Of a stretch of DNA of 64,000 nt, positions 50,667 to 60,861 are shown piece after piece. The stretch's first letter is position 1; each line of letters starts with the position of its first letter. A program made the position numbers and the translations under genes. The stretch comes from Chloroflexota bacterium (GTDB lineage: Bacteria; Chloroflexota; Dehalococcoidia; Lucifugimonadales; UBA3495), in NCBI GenBank assembly GCA_027623675.1, contig JAQBVF010000019.1, forward strand, positions 1 to 64,000, in the 5' to 3' direction. The notes beneath the pieces are model-generated. The model had not been told where the DNA came from and did no database searches. It saw only the letters and a program-made list of their open reading frames with translations.

Positions 50667-51868
50667 GGATCGCCTATTTCCAGCCGATCGGCGGGGCCAG
50701 CGGCGACATGATGCTGGGCGCCCTGACCGACCTTGGCGTGCCCATCGAGCATCTGGAAGCCCAACTGGCCATGCTGAACGTGGGCGGCTACCGCCTGGAA
50801 GCCCGCCAGGAGACGCGCTGCGAGATGCGGGGCACCTACTTGAAGGTCGAACTGGAAGACCAGACCCGCTACTCCCCCAAACACCTGTTGGCGACGGTGG
50901 CGGGCAGCAGCCTGTCTCAGGCGGTTAAAGAGCAGTCATGCCAGGTGCTGGATGCGCTGTGGCGGGCCGAAAGCCGCGTGCACGGTGAAGCACTCGACGT
51001 CTTGGAGCTTGAGGAACTGGGCAGCGTGGACACTCTGGTCGACGTTGTTGGTTCGGCCATCGGCTTCGAGTACCTGGGCGTGGAGGGGTTCCACGCCGCG
51101 CCGTTGGTCATCGGAAATTCGAGCCCTCCCCGCCGTGCCGGCGGCTATTCCAACCCCGCTCCGGCCACTCTGGAGCTGATCGCCGCCACCGGAGCGACGG
51201 TCGCTGCCGAAAACCCCATGTACGAGAGAGCGGGAGAACTGACCACCCCCACCGGCGCCGCCCTGATCACCACCCTGGCCGCTTTCAACCGCCCCGCCTT
51301 CGCCGTGGACCGGGTCGGCCTGGGACTGGGGACCAAGGACCCGGCCGAGTTCCCCAACGCCCTCAGGGTCTGGCTGGGTGAGACGGCACCCGCGGAACAG
51401 GCAGGGCCGGACCTGGGCGTGCAGCAGGGCCAAGTGGTGTTGCTGGAAACCAACCTGGACGACGTCTCGGGGCTGGTATTGGGCTACACCCAAGAGCGGC
51501 TCTTCGCCATCGGCGCGCTCGACGTGTGGCACACCCCTGTCCAGATGAAGAAGAACCGGCCCGGCGTGGTGCTATCGGCCCTGGTGCCCAAGGACATCGA
51601 AAGAGATGCGTCGGAATTGATCCTGCGGGAGACGCCCACGCTGGGCATCCGCACCCGCCTGGTCGACCGCTATGTGGCCGGCCGGGAGATGGTCACCATC
51701 CAGACCGGCCTGGGGCCCGTCGCCGTGAAGGTAAAGATGCTGGACGGCCAAGCTATCGGCGCATCGCCGGAGCCTGACGACGTCCGGCGCATCGCCCTGG
51801 AAACCGGGACGCCATTTCAAGAGGTCTACCAACGGACCAGCGAGGAAGCACGAAGGCAGTTGCTTTAG
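50663..51868 (+). CDS. larC: nickel pincer cofactor biosynthesis protein
   Basis: GASGDMMLGAL, ELTTPTGAA, LETNLDD, MKKNRPG. Confidence 0.92.
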   Translation: MRIAYFQPIGGASGDMMLGALTDLGVPIEHLEAQLAMLNVGGYRLEARQETRCEMRGTYLKVELEDQTRYSPKHLLATVAGSSLSQAVKEQSCQVLDALWRAESRVHGEALDVLELEELGSVDTLVDVVGSAIGFEYLGVEGFHAAPLVIGNSSPPRRAGGYSNPAPATLELIAATGATVAAENPMYERAGELTTPTGAALITTLAAFNRPAFAVDRVGLGLGTKDPAEFPNALRVWLGETAPAEQAGPDLGVQQGQVVLLETNLDDVSGLVLGYTQERLFAIGALDVWHTPVQMKKNRPGVVLSALVPKDIERDASELILRETPTLGIRTRLVDRYVAGREMVTIQTGLGPVAVKVKMLDGQAIGASPEPDDVRRIALETGTPFQEVYQRTSEEARRQLL

Positions 51869-51962
51869 GCGGCGTCCCCCTGGAATCCAGATACGCCGGC
51901 ATTAGCGTAAATCATTCCGTGGGGCCGCCTGTCGGGAACAAGGCGAGAACAGGAGAAACACC

Positions 51963-52769
51963 ATCGAAGAGAGCCGCTTGAGAGACCTTCTGGCCCGGTT
52001 CAAGGAGAACGGCATGAGCGTGGACGCTGCCGTGGAGCAGTTACGCGACCTGCCGTACCAGGACATCGGGTTCGCCAAGCTGGACCACCACCGCCCGCTG
52101 CGCACCGGCTGGCCCGAGGTCATATTCGGCCAGGGCAAGACGCCCGGACAGGTGGCCAAGATCGTCAGCGCCATGAAGGGGCGCGGCCACCCGGTCTTGG
52201 TCACGAAGACTGACCCGGACGCCTACCAGGCAGTGCTGCAAGAGACGCCCGAAGCCGAGTTTCACCCGCTGCCCAAGGCCATCGTAGTTCCCGCGCCACG
52301 TGAGACGCCACTGCAACCTGGAATCGTGGTGGTGACCGCCGGGACCGCGGACCTGCCCGTCGCCGAGGAAGCGGCCCTAACGGCGACGCTGATGGGCAAT
52401 GACGTGACTTTGATCTCCGACGTCGGGGTTGCCGGGCTGCACCGGCTGCTGGACCAGTTGCCGGCGCTCCAAAAGGCCAGGGTGATCATCGCCGTGGCGG
52501 GAATGGACGCCGCTCTGATCGGCGTGGTGGCGGGTCTCGTTTCGGTCCCGGTGATCGCCGTGCCCACGAGTACCGGTTACGGCGCCAGCTTCGACGGCCT
52601 GGCCGCCCTCCTCAGCATGCTTAATAGCTGCGCCCCCGGAGTGGCGGTGGTCAACATTGACAACGGATTCGGCGCCGGCCATCTGGCCGCCAGCATAGTT
52701 GGAGTCAATACCTCCGCCGGCACAGCCGGGCTTAACACCTCCGGTGGCCAAGATGTTGCCGACGCTTAA
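51963..52769 (+). CDS. larB: nickel pincer cofactor biosynthesis protein (PurE-like)
   Basis: PEVIFGQGKT, AGTADLPVAEEA, PTSTGYGA, VNIDNGFGA; start either ATC 51963 or TTG 51978. Confidence 0.92.
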   Translation: MEESRLRDLLARFKENGMSVDAAVEQLRDLPYQDIGFAKLDHHRPLRTGWPEVIFGQGKTPGQVAKIVSAMKGRGHPVLVTKTDPDAYQAVLQETPEAEFHPLPKAIVVPAPRETPLQPGIVVVTAGTADLPVAEEAALTATLMGNDVTLISDVGVAGLHRLLDQLPALQKARVIIAVAGMDAALIGVVAGLVSVPVIAVPTSTGYGASFDGLAALLSMLNSCAPGVAVVNIDNGFGAGHLAASIVGVNTSAGTAGLNTSGGQDVADA

Positions 52770-52959
52770 GCACGATTCCGGTGGCGGGAGACCTTTAGGG
52801 CGGGTGGATTTTCTCCGTGACTGCTAGATGGGGCTGCCTGGTCCTTGGACTGGTGTTCACGGTGTTCGTGCTGATGGGCCTGATCTTCGTCCGCGTCGGG
52901 GGAGTGCCTCTTTAGGCGAATATTCCTTCATCTTCGGCGCCGCGGGTCCCGCCTTCCAC

Positions 52960-53328
52960 TCACTCCCCTACCGCGTTCTCCAGGTGGTTTACCTCAAGCA
53001 GTTTGCCTCCGGAGTCCAGGTGGATGCTGACCAGGTCGATACGCCAGGCAGATCGCTCCAGGCCGCGTTTCTGCAGGTAGTCTTGGGCGGTGGCGATCAG
53101 GCGGCGGGACTTGGCGGCGGTGACCGATTCCTCCGGCGTGCCGAAGCCGGAGCCACGACGGGTGCGGACCTCGACGAACACCAGTTCGCCGCCTTGCCGG
53201 GCCACGATATCCACCTCGCCCCACCGGCTGCGGTAGTTGGTGTCCGACACCGTGTAGCCCTGGCCCTCAAGATACCGCCGGGCGTGCGCTTCCCCCCATT
53301 GGCCCAACCGTCCCCTGGGCGTGGTCAA
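52960..53328 (-). CDS. YraN family endonuclease-like protein
   Basis: GQWGE, NYRSRWGEVDIV, FVEVRTR. Confidence 0.9.
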   Translation of the reverse strand: MTTPRGRLGQWGEAHARRYLEGQGYTVSDTNYRSRWGEVDIVARQGGELVFVEVRTRRGSGFGTPEESVTAAKSRRLIATAQDYLQKRGLERSAWRIDLVSIHLDSGGKLLEVNHLENAVGE

Positions 53329-53330
53329 AC

Positions 53331-53969
53331 TCAGGGACCGGCCGGAAACAGCATGCTGGCTTGGGCCACCGGGGCGAAGGAACGGCGGTGGATGGGGCAG
53401 GGACCCAACTCTTGCAGCCGCGCGAAATGGGCCTTGGTGGGATAGCCTTTGTGCTTGGCGAAGGCGTATCCGGGATAGGTCTCTTCGGCCTCGACCATCA
53501 GCCGGTCGCGGGTGACCTTGGCCACGTTGGATGCGGCGGCGATGGAATAGCTGCGGCTGTCCCCTTTGACGATGGTGTCGTAGGTGTAGGGGCACTCGCG
53601 CACGTGGATGTAGTCAAGCAGGAGATGGCCCGGCTCCAATCCAAGCTGCCCCACGGCCAGGAGCATGGCTGCCAGGGCCGCCCGGCCGATGCCCATGACG
53701 TCGATATCCTCGGGGCTGACCATGCCGACGCCCACTGCCAGGGCGTTCTGATGGACGATATCGGCGGCCCGCTCCCGGCGGGTGTGGGACAGTTTCTTGG
53801 AGTCGTCCAGAAACTGCAGCCAAGGCTCGGTGCCGGTCAGGTCTGGTGGGAGTATCACCGCGGCGGCGACCACCGGTCCGGCTAGGGGGCCTCGGCCGGC
53901 CTCATCAACCCCGGCAACCAGCCGGATGCCACGGCTGAGAACGCCCGATTCCAGGGAAAGGTCCGGCAT
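53331..53969 (-). CDS. rnhB: ribonuclease HII
   Basis: GVDEAGRGPLAGPV, DSKKL, KHKGYPT. Confidence 0.96.
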   Translation of the reverse strand: MPDLSLESGVLSRGIRLVAGVDEAGRGPLAGPVVAAAVILPPDLTGTEPWLQFLDDSKKLSHTRRERAADIVHQNALAVGVGMVSPEDIDVMGIGRAALAAMLLAVGQLGLEPGHLLLDYIHVRECPYTYDTIVKGDSRSYSIAAASNVAKVTRDRLMVEAEETYPGYAFAKHKGYPTKAHFARLQELGPCPIHRRSFAPVAQASMLFPAGP

Positions 53970-53996
53970 TGGCCACCTCGCGATCGCTTGAGGATA

Positions 53997-55121
53997 CTAG
54001 GTGGTGGCCGCGGGCCGGTTGTCCGGGACTCCGGGTTCGATGATCCCACCGCCCAACAGCACATCACCTTGATAGAATACCGCAGCCTGGCCCGGAGTTA
54101 CCGACCTCTGGGGCCGCTTGAACCGGACGATCGCGCCATCGCCGCAGGGGTGAAGCGCCGCCGCAGCCTCGATGGACGTATAGCGTATCTTGACACCCAC
54201 ATCGATGCCCAGTCCCGGAGGCGCTTCCGGGGCCGCTCCCGATGGGTAGTGCATTCCGGAGACCCACATCTCGTCCTTGAGCAGGGCGTCTTCCGGGCCG
54301 ATAACCACCCGCCGGGACTCCGGCTCCAGGCGAATAACAAACCTGGGCTCGCCCCCGGTCCCGTGTTTCTCTCCGATGCCCAGTCCGCGCCTCTGGCCGA
54401 TGGTGTAAAACTCGATGCCCTCGTGCCGCCCCACCACCGTGCCGTCCAACTCGACGATATCGCCGGGGACCGTGGACAAACGCTGTTTGAGGAATGACTT
54501 GTAATCGTCCGAAGGAATGAAGCAGATATCTTGGCTGTCGGGCTTGGCCGCGTTCAGCAATCCGGCGTCCAAGGCCATCTGCCGTATCCGGTCCTTGGGG
54601 TATTCGCCCACCGGCATCAGGGTGCGGGCCAGCTCTTCCTGCCCCATGCCGAACAGCACGTAGGACTGGTCCTTGGACGGATCAACGGCCTTCTTCAGGA
54701 CCATTCCATCGGGGCCGCGCTCGATCCGGGCGTAATGGCCGGTGGCGACGTAATCGGCCTCCAACACGGCGGCCCGTTCCATGAGGTGGCCGAACTTGAT
54801 CTTATCGTTGCAGGCGATGCAGGGGTGGGGCGTGCGGCCCAGTTGGTATTCCGACGTGAAGTAGTCGACCACCTGAGACTGGAACTCGCGTTGGGTGTTC
54901 AGCACGTAATGGGGGATCCCCAACCGGCGGCAGACCGAGCGCGCATCTTCAACATCGTCCAGCGTGCAGCAACCCTGGTAGTTGGGGTCAAGGTCTTCGC
55001 CGTCCAGGTTGTACAGCTTGAGGGTGACGCCCACCACGTCGTAGCCCTGCTCTTTCATCAGCAGAGCGGCTACGGAGGAATCCACTCCTCCACTCATGGC
55101 TACGGCCACTTTTTCCGGCAT
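53997..55121 (-). CDS. mnmA: tRNA 2-thiouridine(34) synthase
   Basis: MSGGVDSS, PCIACN, TGHY, KDQSY, DSQDICF, TPGQAAV. Confidence 0.96.
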   Translation of the reverse strand: MPEKVAVAMSGGVDSSVAALLMKEQGYDVVGVTLKLYNLDGEDLDPNYQGCCTLDDVEDARSVCRRLGIPHYVLNTQREFQSQVVDYFTSEYQLGRTPHPCIACNDKIKFGHLMERAAVLEADYVATGHYARIERGPDGMVLKKAVDPSKDQSYVLFGMGQEELARTLMPVGEYPKDRIRQMALDAGLLNAAKPDSQDICFIPSDDYKSFLKQRLSTVPGDIVELDGTVVGRHEGIEFYTIGQRRGLGIGEKHGTGGEPRFVIRLEPESRRVVIGPEDALLKDEMWVSGMHYPSGAAPEAPPGLGIDVGVKIRYTSIEAAAALHPCGDGAIVRFKRPQRSVTPGQAAVFYQGDVLLGGGIIEPGVPDNRPAATT

Positions 55122-55311
55122 GAATCTATAACGTCCCGTAATCCCGGCTAGAGTCTCAGACTAGCATACCCGAAACGGGCCGTACAATCGCCCGCTTCGG
55201 AAATGCGTTGATAAATCCGAAACGCCGTTTTGACAGTAGACTATTAGTGAGGGCGCGGCGTGGTATAACGTTTGAAGCCTTTGGGGCAACCGATTCAGGC
55301 ACGGACGGCGG

Positions 55312-56151
55312 ATGGCGAATAGAGACCAAAGCGAATTTTCGGGACAGCGATATTGCGGCAATTGCGGGGCGGCGGTTGTGCTTGGCTCCGCGGCCTGCGG
55401 CAACTGCGGCAGTCGCCTGGAGGTTGAGGGAGACGCCGCCGACCGTGTGGATGACATTTCCACCGGTTATGTCCCCTACTGCCGTGCCTGCGGGGTGCCG
55501 GTGGCCCGGGAAGCCGCGCTTCACTGCACCAAATGCGGGGTAACGCCGCTGTGCCGAGAGCACTTCTACCCGTCGACCCGTTCCTGCGCCCTATGCCCGC
55601 CGTTCGAACTGGAAGGTCCCGGCGGTCAGACCGCAGACACGCCGCTCGCGCGGCCCAGCGGCCCCTGGGCGCGGCCAAGGGCCACCGTGCCCTGCCCTAA
55701 GTGCGGCGCCCGCATCCGCCAGGGTGTTGACTACTGCCCCGATTGCGGTCACGAGCAGGAGGGTGCGGAAAAAGACGCCGAATACGCCGGATTCATGGTC
55801 CGGGCCGGAGCGGCCATCATCGACAGCCTGATCACCGGGATCCCGGCGGCGATCATCGCCAGCGTCACCGACATCCCGGCCTTCGGCACCATTCTCTCGG
55901 TGGTCTATTACGTGTTATTCACCTACCTCAGGGGCCAGACCCCCGGCAAGATGATTCTGAACATTCATGTTGTGGACGCAGAGGGGCACAAACCTGACCT
56001 GAAACAGGTCATCCTGCGTGAGGTGATCGGAAAAGCGATCTCAGCGCTGGCATTGCTCATGGGGTACCTCTGGATCATCTGGGACCCGAAGAAACGCGGC
56101 TGGCACGACTATATCGCCGGCACCTTCGTGGTCAAGAGGCGGCGGCACTAA
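55312..56151 (+). CDS. multi-zinc-ribbon plus RDD family membrane protein
   Basis: Multiple CxxC pairs; GQTPGK...HDYIAGT RDD motifs. Confidence 0.85.
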   Translation: MANRDQSEFSGQRYCGNCGAAVVLGSAACGNCGSRLEVEGDAADRVDDISTGYVPYCRACGVPVAREAALHCTKCGVTPLCREHFYPSTRSCALCPPFELEGPGGQTADTPLARPSGPWARPRATVPCPKCGARIRQGVDYCPDCGHEQEGAEKDAEYAGFMVRAGAAIIDSLITGIPAAIIASVTDIPAFGTILSVVYYVLFTYLRGQTPGKMILNIHVVDAEGHKPDLKQVILREVIGKAISALALLMGYLWIIWDPKKRGWHDYIAGTFVVKRRRH

Positions 56152-56263
56152 GGCTGGCAACGGCGTCAGAATGCCGCCGGCGCTTGTGTCTGCTACACTG
56201 TCCCGCAACTCAAGAGCAGGCAACCCTTACAGGCAACCCTTAGTTGCCGCATGGAGGCCCTCA

Positions 56264-57214
56264 ATGGCAGTTACATTTGGCACCTCGCTACCCAGCCGGG
56301 GCGATATGGCCGGCCCGGAACAACTCCGCAGCGTGGCCCAGCGGGCCGAGGACCTGGGGTACGACCACGTTTGGGTCAGCGATCACATCGTTCTGCCCCA
56401 GAAGGTCGACTCCTTCTACCCCTACGCCGCCGACGGCGTTCCCACGTTCAAGCCCAGCGAGCCTTATTACGAGCCATTGGCGGCCCTGAACTTCATCGCG
56501 GGCTGCACCCAGCGGGTCCGGCTGGGCACCCACGTGCTGATCATCCCCTACCGCAACCCGGTGCTCACGGCCAAGATACTGTCCACGCTGGACGTGTTGT
56601 CAGGCGGCAGGGTGATACTGGGCGCGGGCGTCGGCTGGATGGAAGAGGAATTTCAGGCCATGGGGCTGGACACCTTCAAGGAGCGCGGGGCGGTCACCGA
56701 CGAGTACCTACAGCTATACAAAGAGCTCTGGACCAAGGACAACCCGTCGTTCCAGGGCAAGTATTACCAGATATCGGACAGCGGTTTCGAGCCCAAGCCG
56801 GCGCAGAAGCCCCACCCGCCCATCTGGATCGGCGGCCACACCGGCCCGGCCATCCGCAGGGCTGCCAAGTACGGGGACGGTTGGATGCCCATCGGCCTAC
56901 GCCCGCCGGCCATTCTGGAACCGGAGGAACTGGCGGGCAAGATCGCCCGCCTGCGGAAACTGACCGTGGCAGCGGGACGGCCGGAAGACGCGGTGTCCCT
57001 GACCTTCAGCACCGGGGTGGCCTTCAACGACTCGGCCGGCAGTACCCGTCCCATGATGCAGGGGCGGCCCGAGCAGATAGCCGCCGACCTGCGCCAGTAT
57101 CAGGACCTGGGAGTAGCCAATTTCATCATCAACTTCCAGGGCGGCACGGTGCCAGAGTTACAGGAAAACATGGAGCGGTTCTCCCGCGAGGTCATGTCCC
57201 TGATCCCGGACTGA
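56264..57214 (+). CDS. LLM class F420-dependent oxidoreductase
   Basis: WVSDHI, GVGWMEEEF, PKPAQKPHPPIWIGG. Confidence 0.92.
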   Translation: MAVTFGTSLPSRGDMAGPEQLRSVAQRAEDLGYDHVWVSDHIVLPQKVDSFYPYAADGVPTFKPSEPYYEPLAALNFIAGCTQRVRLGTHVLIIPYRNPVLTAKILSTLDVLSGGRVILGAGVGWMEEEFQAMGLDTFKERGAVTDEYLQLYKELWTKDNPSFQGKYYQISDSGFEPKPAQKPHPPIWIGGHTGPAIRRAAKYGDGWMPIGLRPPAILEPEELAGKIARLRKLTVAAGRPEDAVSLTFSTGVAFNDSAGSTRPMMQGRPEQIAADLRQYQDLGVANFIINFQGGTVPELQENMERFSREVMSLIPD

Positions 57215-57363
57215 CCCGGCACGGTTCGTTGGGCATGTAGCAACGCAAAAAGGGGGCGTCCTGACACCGCCCTCCGCCAAGGCAAGCGCGGCGGTGCACC
57301 ACCCGTCAGGCACATCAAAGATGCCCAAAAGATGCCCGCCACGCCACTGTCTACGAGGGCTTC

Positions 57364-58218
57364 CTAAGCGACGGGCGCCTCGGTTACCCCGTATTTCTTC
57401 TCCAGTTCGTAGACGGCGTCCAGGCCCAGGAGACCGGCCACATCCCAACGGGTGCCGTAGCGCTCCGGGTCGACCGCACCGTTCTCCATCAACTCGGTGA
57501 ACGACTCCTTGAGCTGTTTGTAGATCAGCCAGATGGTGCTGCCGCAGATCATGACCTTGTAGCCAAGGGCGTCCATCTCCTTGGTGTTGGCCAGGTCGCC
57601 GTTGTACATGCGGGGCAGGTCCGCCATGTCCCGGGCGTAATTCTCGATATCCTCGCGGCTCTTGATGCCGTCGACGAAAACCAGGTCCGCGCCTGCCTCG
57701 ATATAGGCGTGGCACCGCTGGATGGTATCCTCCCAGCCGGTCACGGCGTAGGCGTCGCAGCGGGCGATCACGACAAAGTCGGGGTCCACCCGGGCGTCCA
57801 GTGCAGCCTTGATCTTCTGCACCGCTTCGGCTTGGGGAATCACCTGCTTCCCGGCGAAGAAACCGCATTTCTTGGGGAACAACTGGTCTTCGATATGGAC
57901 CCCGGCCACCCCGGCGGACTCGTACTCGCGGATGGTCCGCTGCACGTTCAGCGGGTTGCCGTATCCGGTGTCGGCGTCGCAGATGACCGGGATGTCCACC
58001 GCTCCGGCGATGTACTTGGCGTTGGCCACCATCTCAGTCATGGTCAGCAGTCCCACATCGGGGAAGCCGCGCTCGGCGGAGGTCCCGGCGCCGGTCATGT
58101 AGACGGCCGGCAGTCCCACCGACTCGGCGATCTTGGCATGGAAAGCGTTGAGCACGAATGGCGCCACGGTCAGCCGGTCCGAACTCAGCAATTGGCGTAA
58201 TTTGGCAGTGGTTTTCAT
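57364..58218 (-). CDS. isocitrate lyase/PEP mutase family (methylisocitrate lyase-like)
   Basis: DADTGYG, HIEDQ, KKCG, IARCDA. Confidence 0.9.
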   Translation of the reverse strand: MKTTAKLRQLLSSDRLTVAPFVLNAFHAKIAESVGLPAVYMTGAGTSAERGFPDVGLLTMTEMVANAKYIAGAVDIPVICDADTGYGNPLNVQRTIREYESAGVAGVHIEDQLFPKKCGFFAGKQVIPQAEAVQKIKAALDARVDPDFVVIARCDAYAVTGWEDTIQRCHAYIEAGADLVFVDGIKSREDIENYARDMADLPRMYNGDLANTKEMDALGYKVMICGSTIWLIYKQLKESFTELMENGAVDPERYGTRWDVAGLLGLDAVYELEKKYGVTEAPVA

Positions 58219-58424
58219 CGGTTTGTCTCCTCTAAATCGGGGCGGTGCCCAGGCAGTCCCCAGGTTTGCAAGCATGATAACCCAGGGCCTGCTTGACCGC
58301 CACCGGGGACCCCGGCGGCCGACGATTCCGTCCGGGCGGCAAACCCTGGAGCCTGGTAACTCTGACGCCTGGTAAAATGAAAGCGGCGTCACAAGATCTA
58401 GGGCCAACGGGATTGGAGAACGAC

Positions 58425-59030
58425 ATGAATGACGTATACCCAGTATCCCTGAGCGGTGAGCTTGATCCGCACCTGAGCCGGTGGCTCTGGCTGGTTAAGT
58501 GGCTCCTGGCCATCCCCCATTTCATCATCCTGGTCTTCTTGTGGGTCGCCTCCGTCTTCCTGTGGCTGGTAGCGTTATTCGCCATCACCTTCACAGGCAA
58601 GTACCCCAGAGGGATATTCGATTTCAATCTGGGGGTGATGCGGTGGACGTGGCGGGTGAGCTACTACACCTACGGCGCCCTGGGGACCGACAAGTATCCA
58701 CCCTTCACCCTGAAGGACGCCGACTACCCGGCCAGGCTCGATGTGGAATACCCGGAGCAACTTTCCCGCGGCCTGGTGTGGGTCAAGTGGTGGCTGCTGG
58801 CGATACCCCATTACATCGTGGTGAGTTTCTTGCAGGGCGGCCCCGGACTGCGGAACGGCGGACTGACCTTCGTGCTGGTCATTTTTGCGGCTATCACCCT
58901 CCTGTTCACCGGACGTTATCCGGCCAGCCTCTTCTATCTAGTCATGGGGTTTAATCGGTGGGCCCTTCGCGTGTTCGCGTATGCGGCCCTCATGCGGGAC
59001 GAATACCCGCCGTTCCGCCTGGACCCATAG
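58425..59030 (+). CDS. DUF4389-like membrane protein
   Basis: Duplicated LSR..WLLAIPH...YPPF repeats. Confidence 0.85.
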   Translation: MNDVYPVSLSGELDPHLSRWLWLVKWLLAIPHFIILVFLWVASVFLWLVALFAITFTGKYPRGIFDFNLGVMRWTWRVSYYTYGALGTDKYPPFTLKDADYPARLDVEYPEQLSRGLVWVKWWLLAIPHYIVVSFLQGGPGLRNGGLTFVLVIFAAITLLFTGRYPASLFYLVMGFNRWALRVFAYAALMRDEYPPFRLDP

Positions 59031-59417
59031 ACGAACATATCCGGCCGGGGCTACAGCTTAGTTATTCGGCTGATCCTGACGTCCTCAGTGCCGCAACGTG
59101 GGACGCTGCCCGGCGGTTACCAGGCAGCTCGATCTTTGACCAACGGGCCGGTGTGCTTTTGAACGTCGACTCATTCGGCGCTTTCATACCTTCCTCCGTG
59201 CCAGACATCTCAAGGGTTGACGATGGGGTATTCCGGGAAGGGTTCGGCCAGGTCAACCGCCCGAACCATCCCTGGTTTTCCCTGGCGGACCCGGCGTGGC
59301 CAAGTCCTCTACCAACGCCGCGTTAGCCCCCTGCGCTCGCCTCTTTTTCCCAATCCGACAGCGCCGTTGCACTTATGCAATAAGCTGGGCAAGACGACGT
59401 GAATGACACCGCGTTTC

Positions 59418-59455
59418 GTTACAGATTGTTTACTCTTTCGTAACCGGCAGGAAAT
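59418..59455 (+). promoter_or_regulatory. GlnR-type box
   Basis: GTTAC-n6-TTTAC-n6-GTAAC-n6-GAAAT. Confidence 0.65.
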
Positions 59456-59566
59456 ACCGGCAAGGCAACATGGACTGGCAGGCTGCGTATTCCTCGTTTA
59501 TTAGACGGAACAGGGACAGGGCCGCCCGTTACCCGGCGCCGGCCACGTATCACGGAAAACAGGTCC

Positions 59567-60244
59567 ATGAAAACACCATTAAAAGTTCTCACGCTGGGCT
59601 CGAATTGGGACCGCCTTGACCAGGCTTTTACCTTTCTGTCCAGCCAGGGAATCGTGGAGTTTGTTGGACCTGCCGATCGGGGGATCCATGACGCCGTGGC
59701 GCTGGAACGACCGTCTGTAATCATGATCAGTCCCGGTTACGATGCGGCCCGGCAGGCGCTATTGGAGCGGCGACCCGTTTCGCCGGACCGCCTGCCGCCA
59801 GTGCTGTTGTGCCTGGACCACGATAGTCTGGAAACCGATGAACTGTACGAATACGCCGACGATTTTCTGCTGGTCCCAAGCTCTGCCGCCGAGATCCAAA
59901 AGCGGCTGGGCCGGTTGGTCCTGGGCAAGCCGCCCGAACTGCCCGCGCATATGCTGCAACTGGGAACAATCACCCTGGACACACGCATCTACGAGGTCAG
60001 GGTAGCGCAGAAGCGGGTGGAACTGGCCTGGATGGAATTTCAGTTGCTCAGGTTCATGATGGAAAACTCGGGCCGCATATTCACCCGCGACGAGTTGTTG
60101 ACCAACGTCTGGAGCGTGGACACCTTCGGCGGCACCCGGACCGTTGATGTCCACATCCGCAGGCTCCGGCAAAAGCTGGGGTTACACGGCAACACCTACA
60201 TCAGAACGGTGGCCAACGTCGGCTACGGCCTGGTCGACGTCTAA
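59567..60244 (+). CDS. OmpR-family winged-helix regulator, GlnR-like
   Basis: Degenerate receiver domain; EFQLL...VW...FGGTRTVDVHIRRLRQKLG. Confidence 0.85.
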   Translation: MKTPLKVLTLGSNWDRLDQAFTFLSSQGIVEFVGPADRGIHDAVALERPSVIMISPGYDAARQALLERRPVSPDRLPPVLLCLDHDSLETDELYEYADDFLLVPSSAAEIQKRLGRLVLGKPPELPAHMLQLGTITLDTRIYEVRVAQKRVELAWMEFQLLRFMMENSGRIFTRDELLTNVWSVDTFGGTRTVDVHIRRLRQKLGLHGNTYIRTVANVGYGLVDV

Positions 60245-60348
60245 CGCCTCCCCCGCCCGTTTTCAGCACTATCCCCGGCCTATTTCAGAACCGCCCCCGG
60301 CTGCCCGCGCCACCGGCATCCCGCCCAGCCTCTCCCTAACCCAGTCAC

Positions 60349-60408
60349 GTTACATGGCGTTTACATAGGGTTTCCCGACCGGTAACCCAACGGTCATCGT
60401 TTCGTAAA
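60349..60408 (+). promoter_or_regulatory. 11-bp-phased GlnR-type pentamer array
   Basis: GTTAC, TTTAC, TTTCC, GTAAC, GTCAT, GTAAA at 11-nt period. Confidence 0.6.
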
Positions 60409-60478
60409 ACCCTTCGTGCATCCTGTTGATTGCGGCCCACCTAGTCGGGCGGCAGCGCACCCAGCATGGAGGTCCATC

Positions 60479-60835
60479 TTGAAAGAGGTCATCGCGTTCA
60501 TCAGGCCAGACAAGTGGCAGGACACCCGTGAGGTTGCCTGCGCCTTGGGGGCCGAGGAGATCATGCATTGGCGGGTCCTGGGCCGGGGCCGCCAGCGCGG
60601 CCTGCGTTATCTGAGGCCTCTGACCGGCGGTGAAGAATGGGGCATGCAGTTCCTGCCCAAGTGGATGGCCAGTTGGCTCATCGACAGCAGCCAGGTCGAC
60701 GCTTTCGTATCCGCCATCATCCAGGCCAACAACACCAACAACTACGGGGACGGCAAGATATTCGTCTGCCCGGTGGACGAAGAATCGGACGCGGCCCCGG
60801 CGGTTAAAACCCTCGACGCCCAAACGCGCCTTTAA
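60479..60835 (+). CDS. P-II family nitrogen regulator (NifI2-like)
   Basis: TTG start after GGAGG; KEVIAFIRP, VLGRGRQRG, GDGKIFV. Confidence 0.88.
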   Translation: MKEVIAFIRPDKWQDTREVACALGAEEIMHWRVLGRGRQRGLRYLRPLTGGEEWGMQFLPKWMASWLIDSSQVDAFVSAIIQANNTNNYGDGKIFVCPVDEESDAAPAVKTLDAQTRL

Positions 60836-60861
60836 CGAAACGGGATTGGATGGGATGCACC

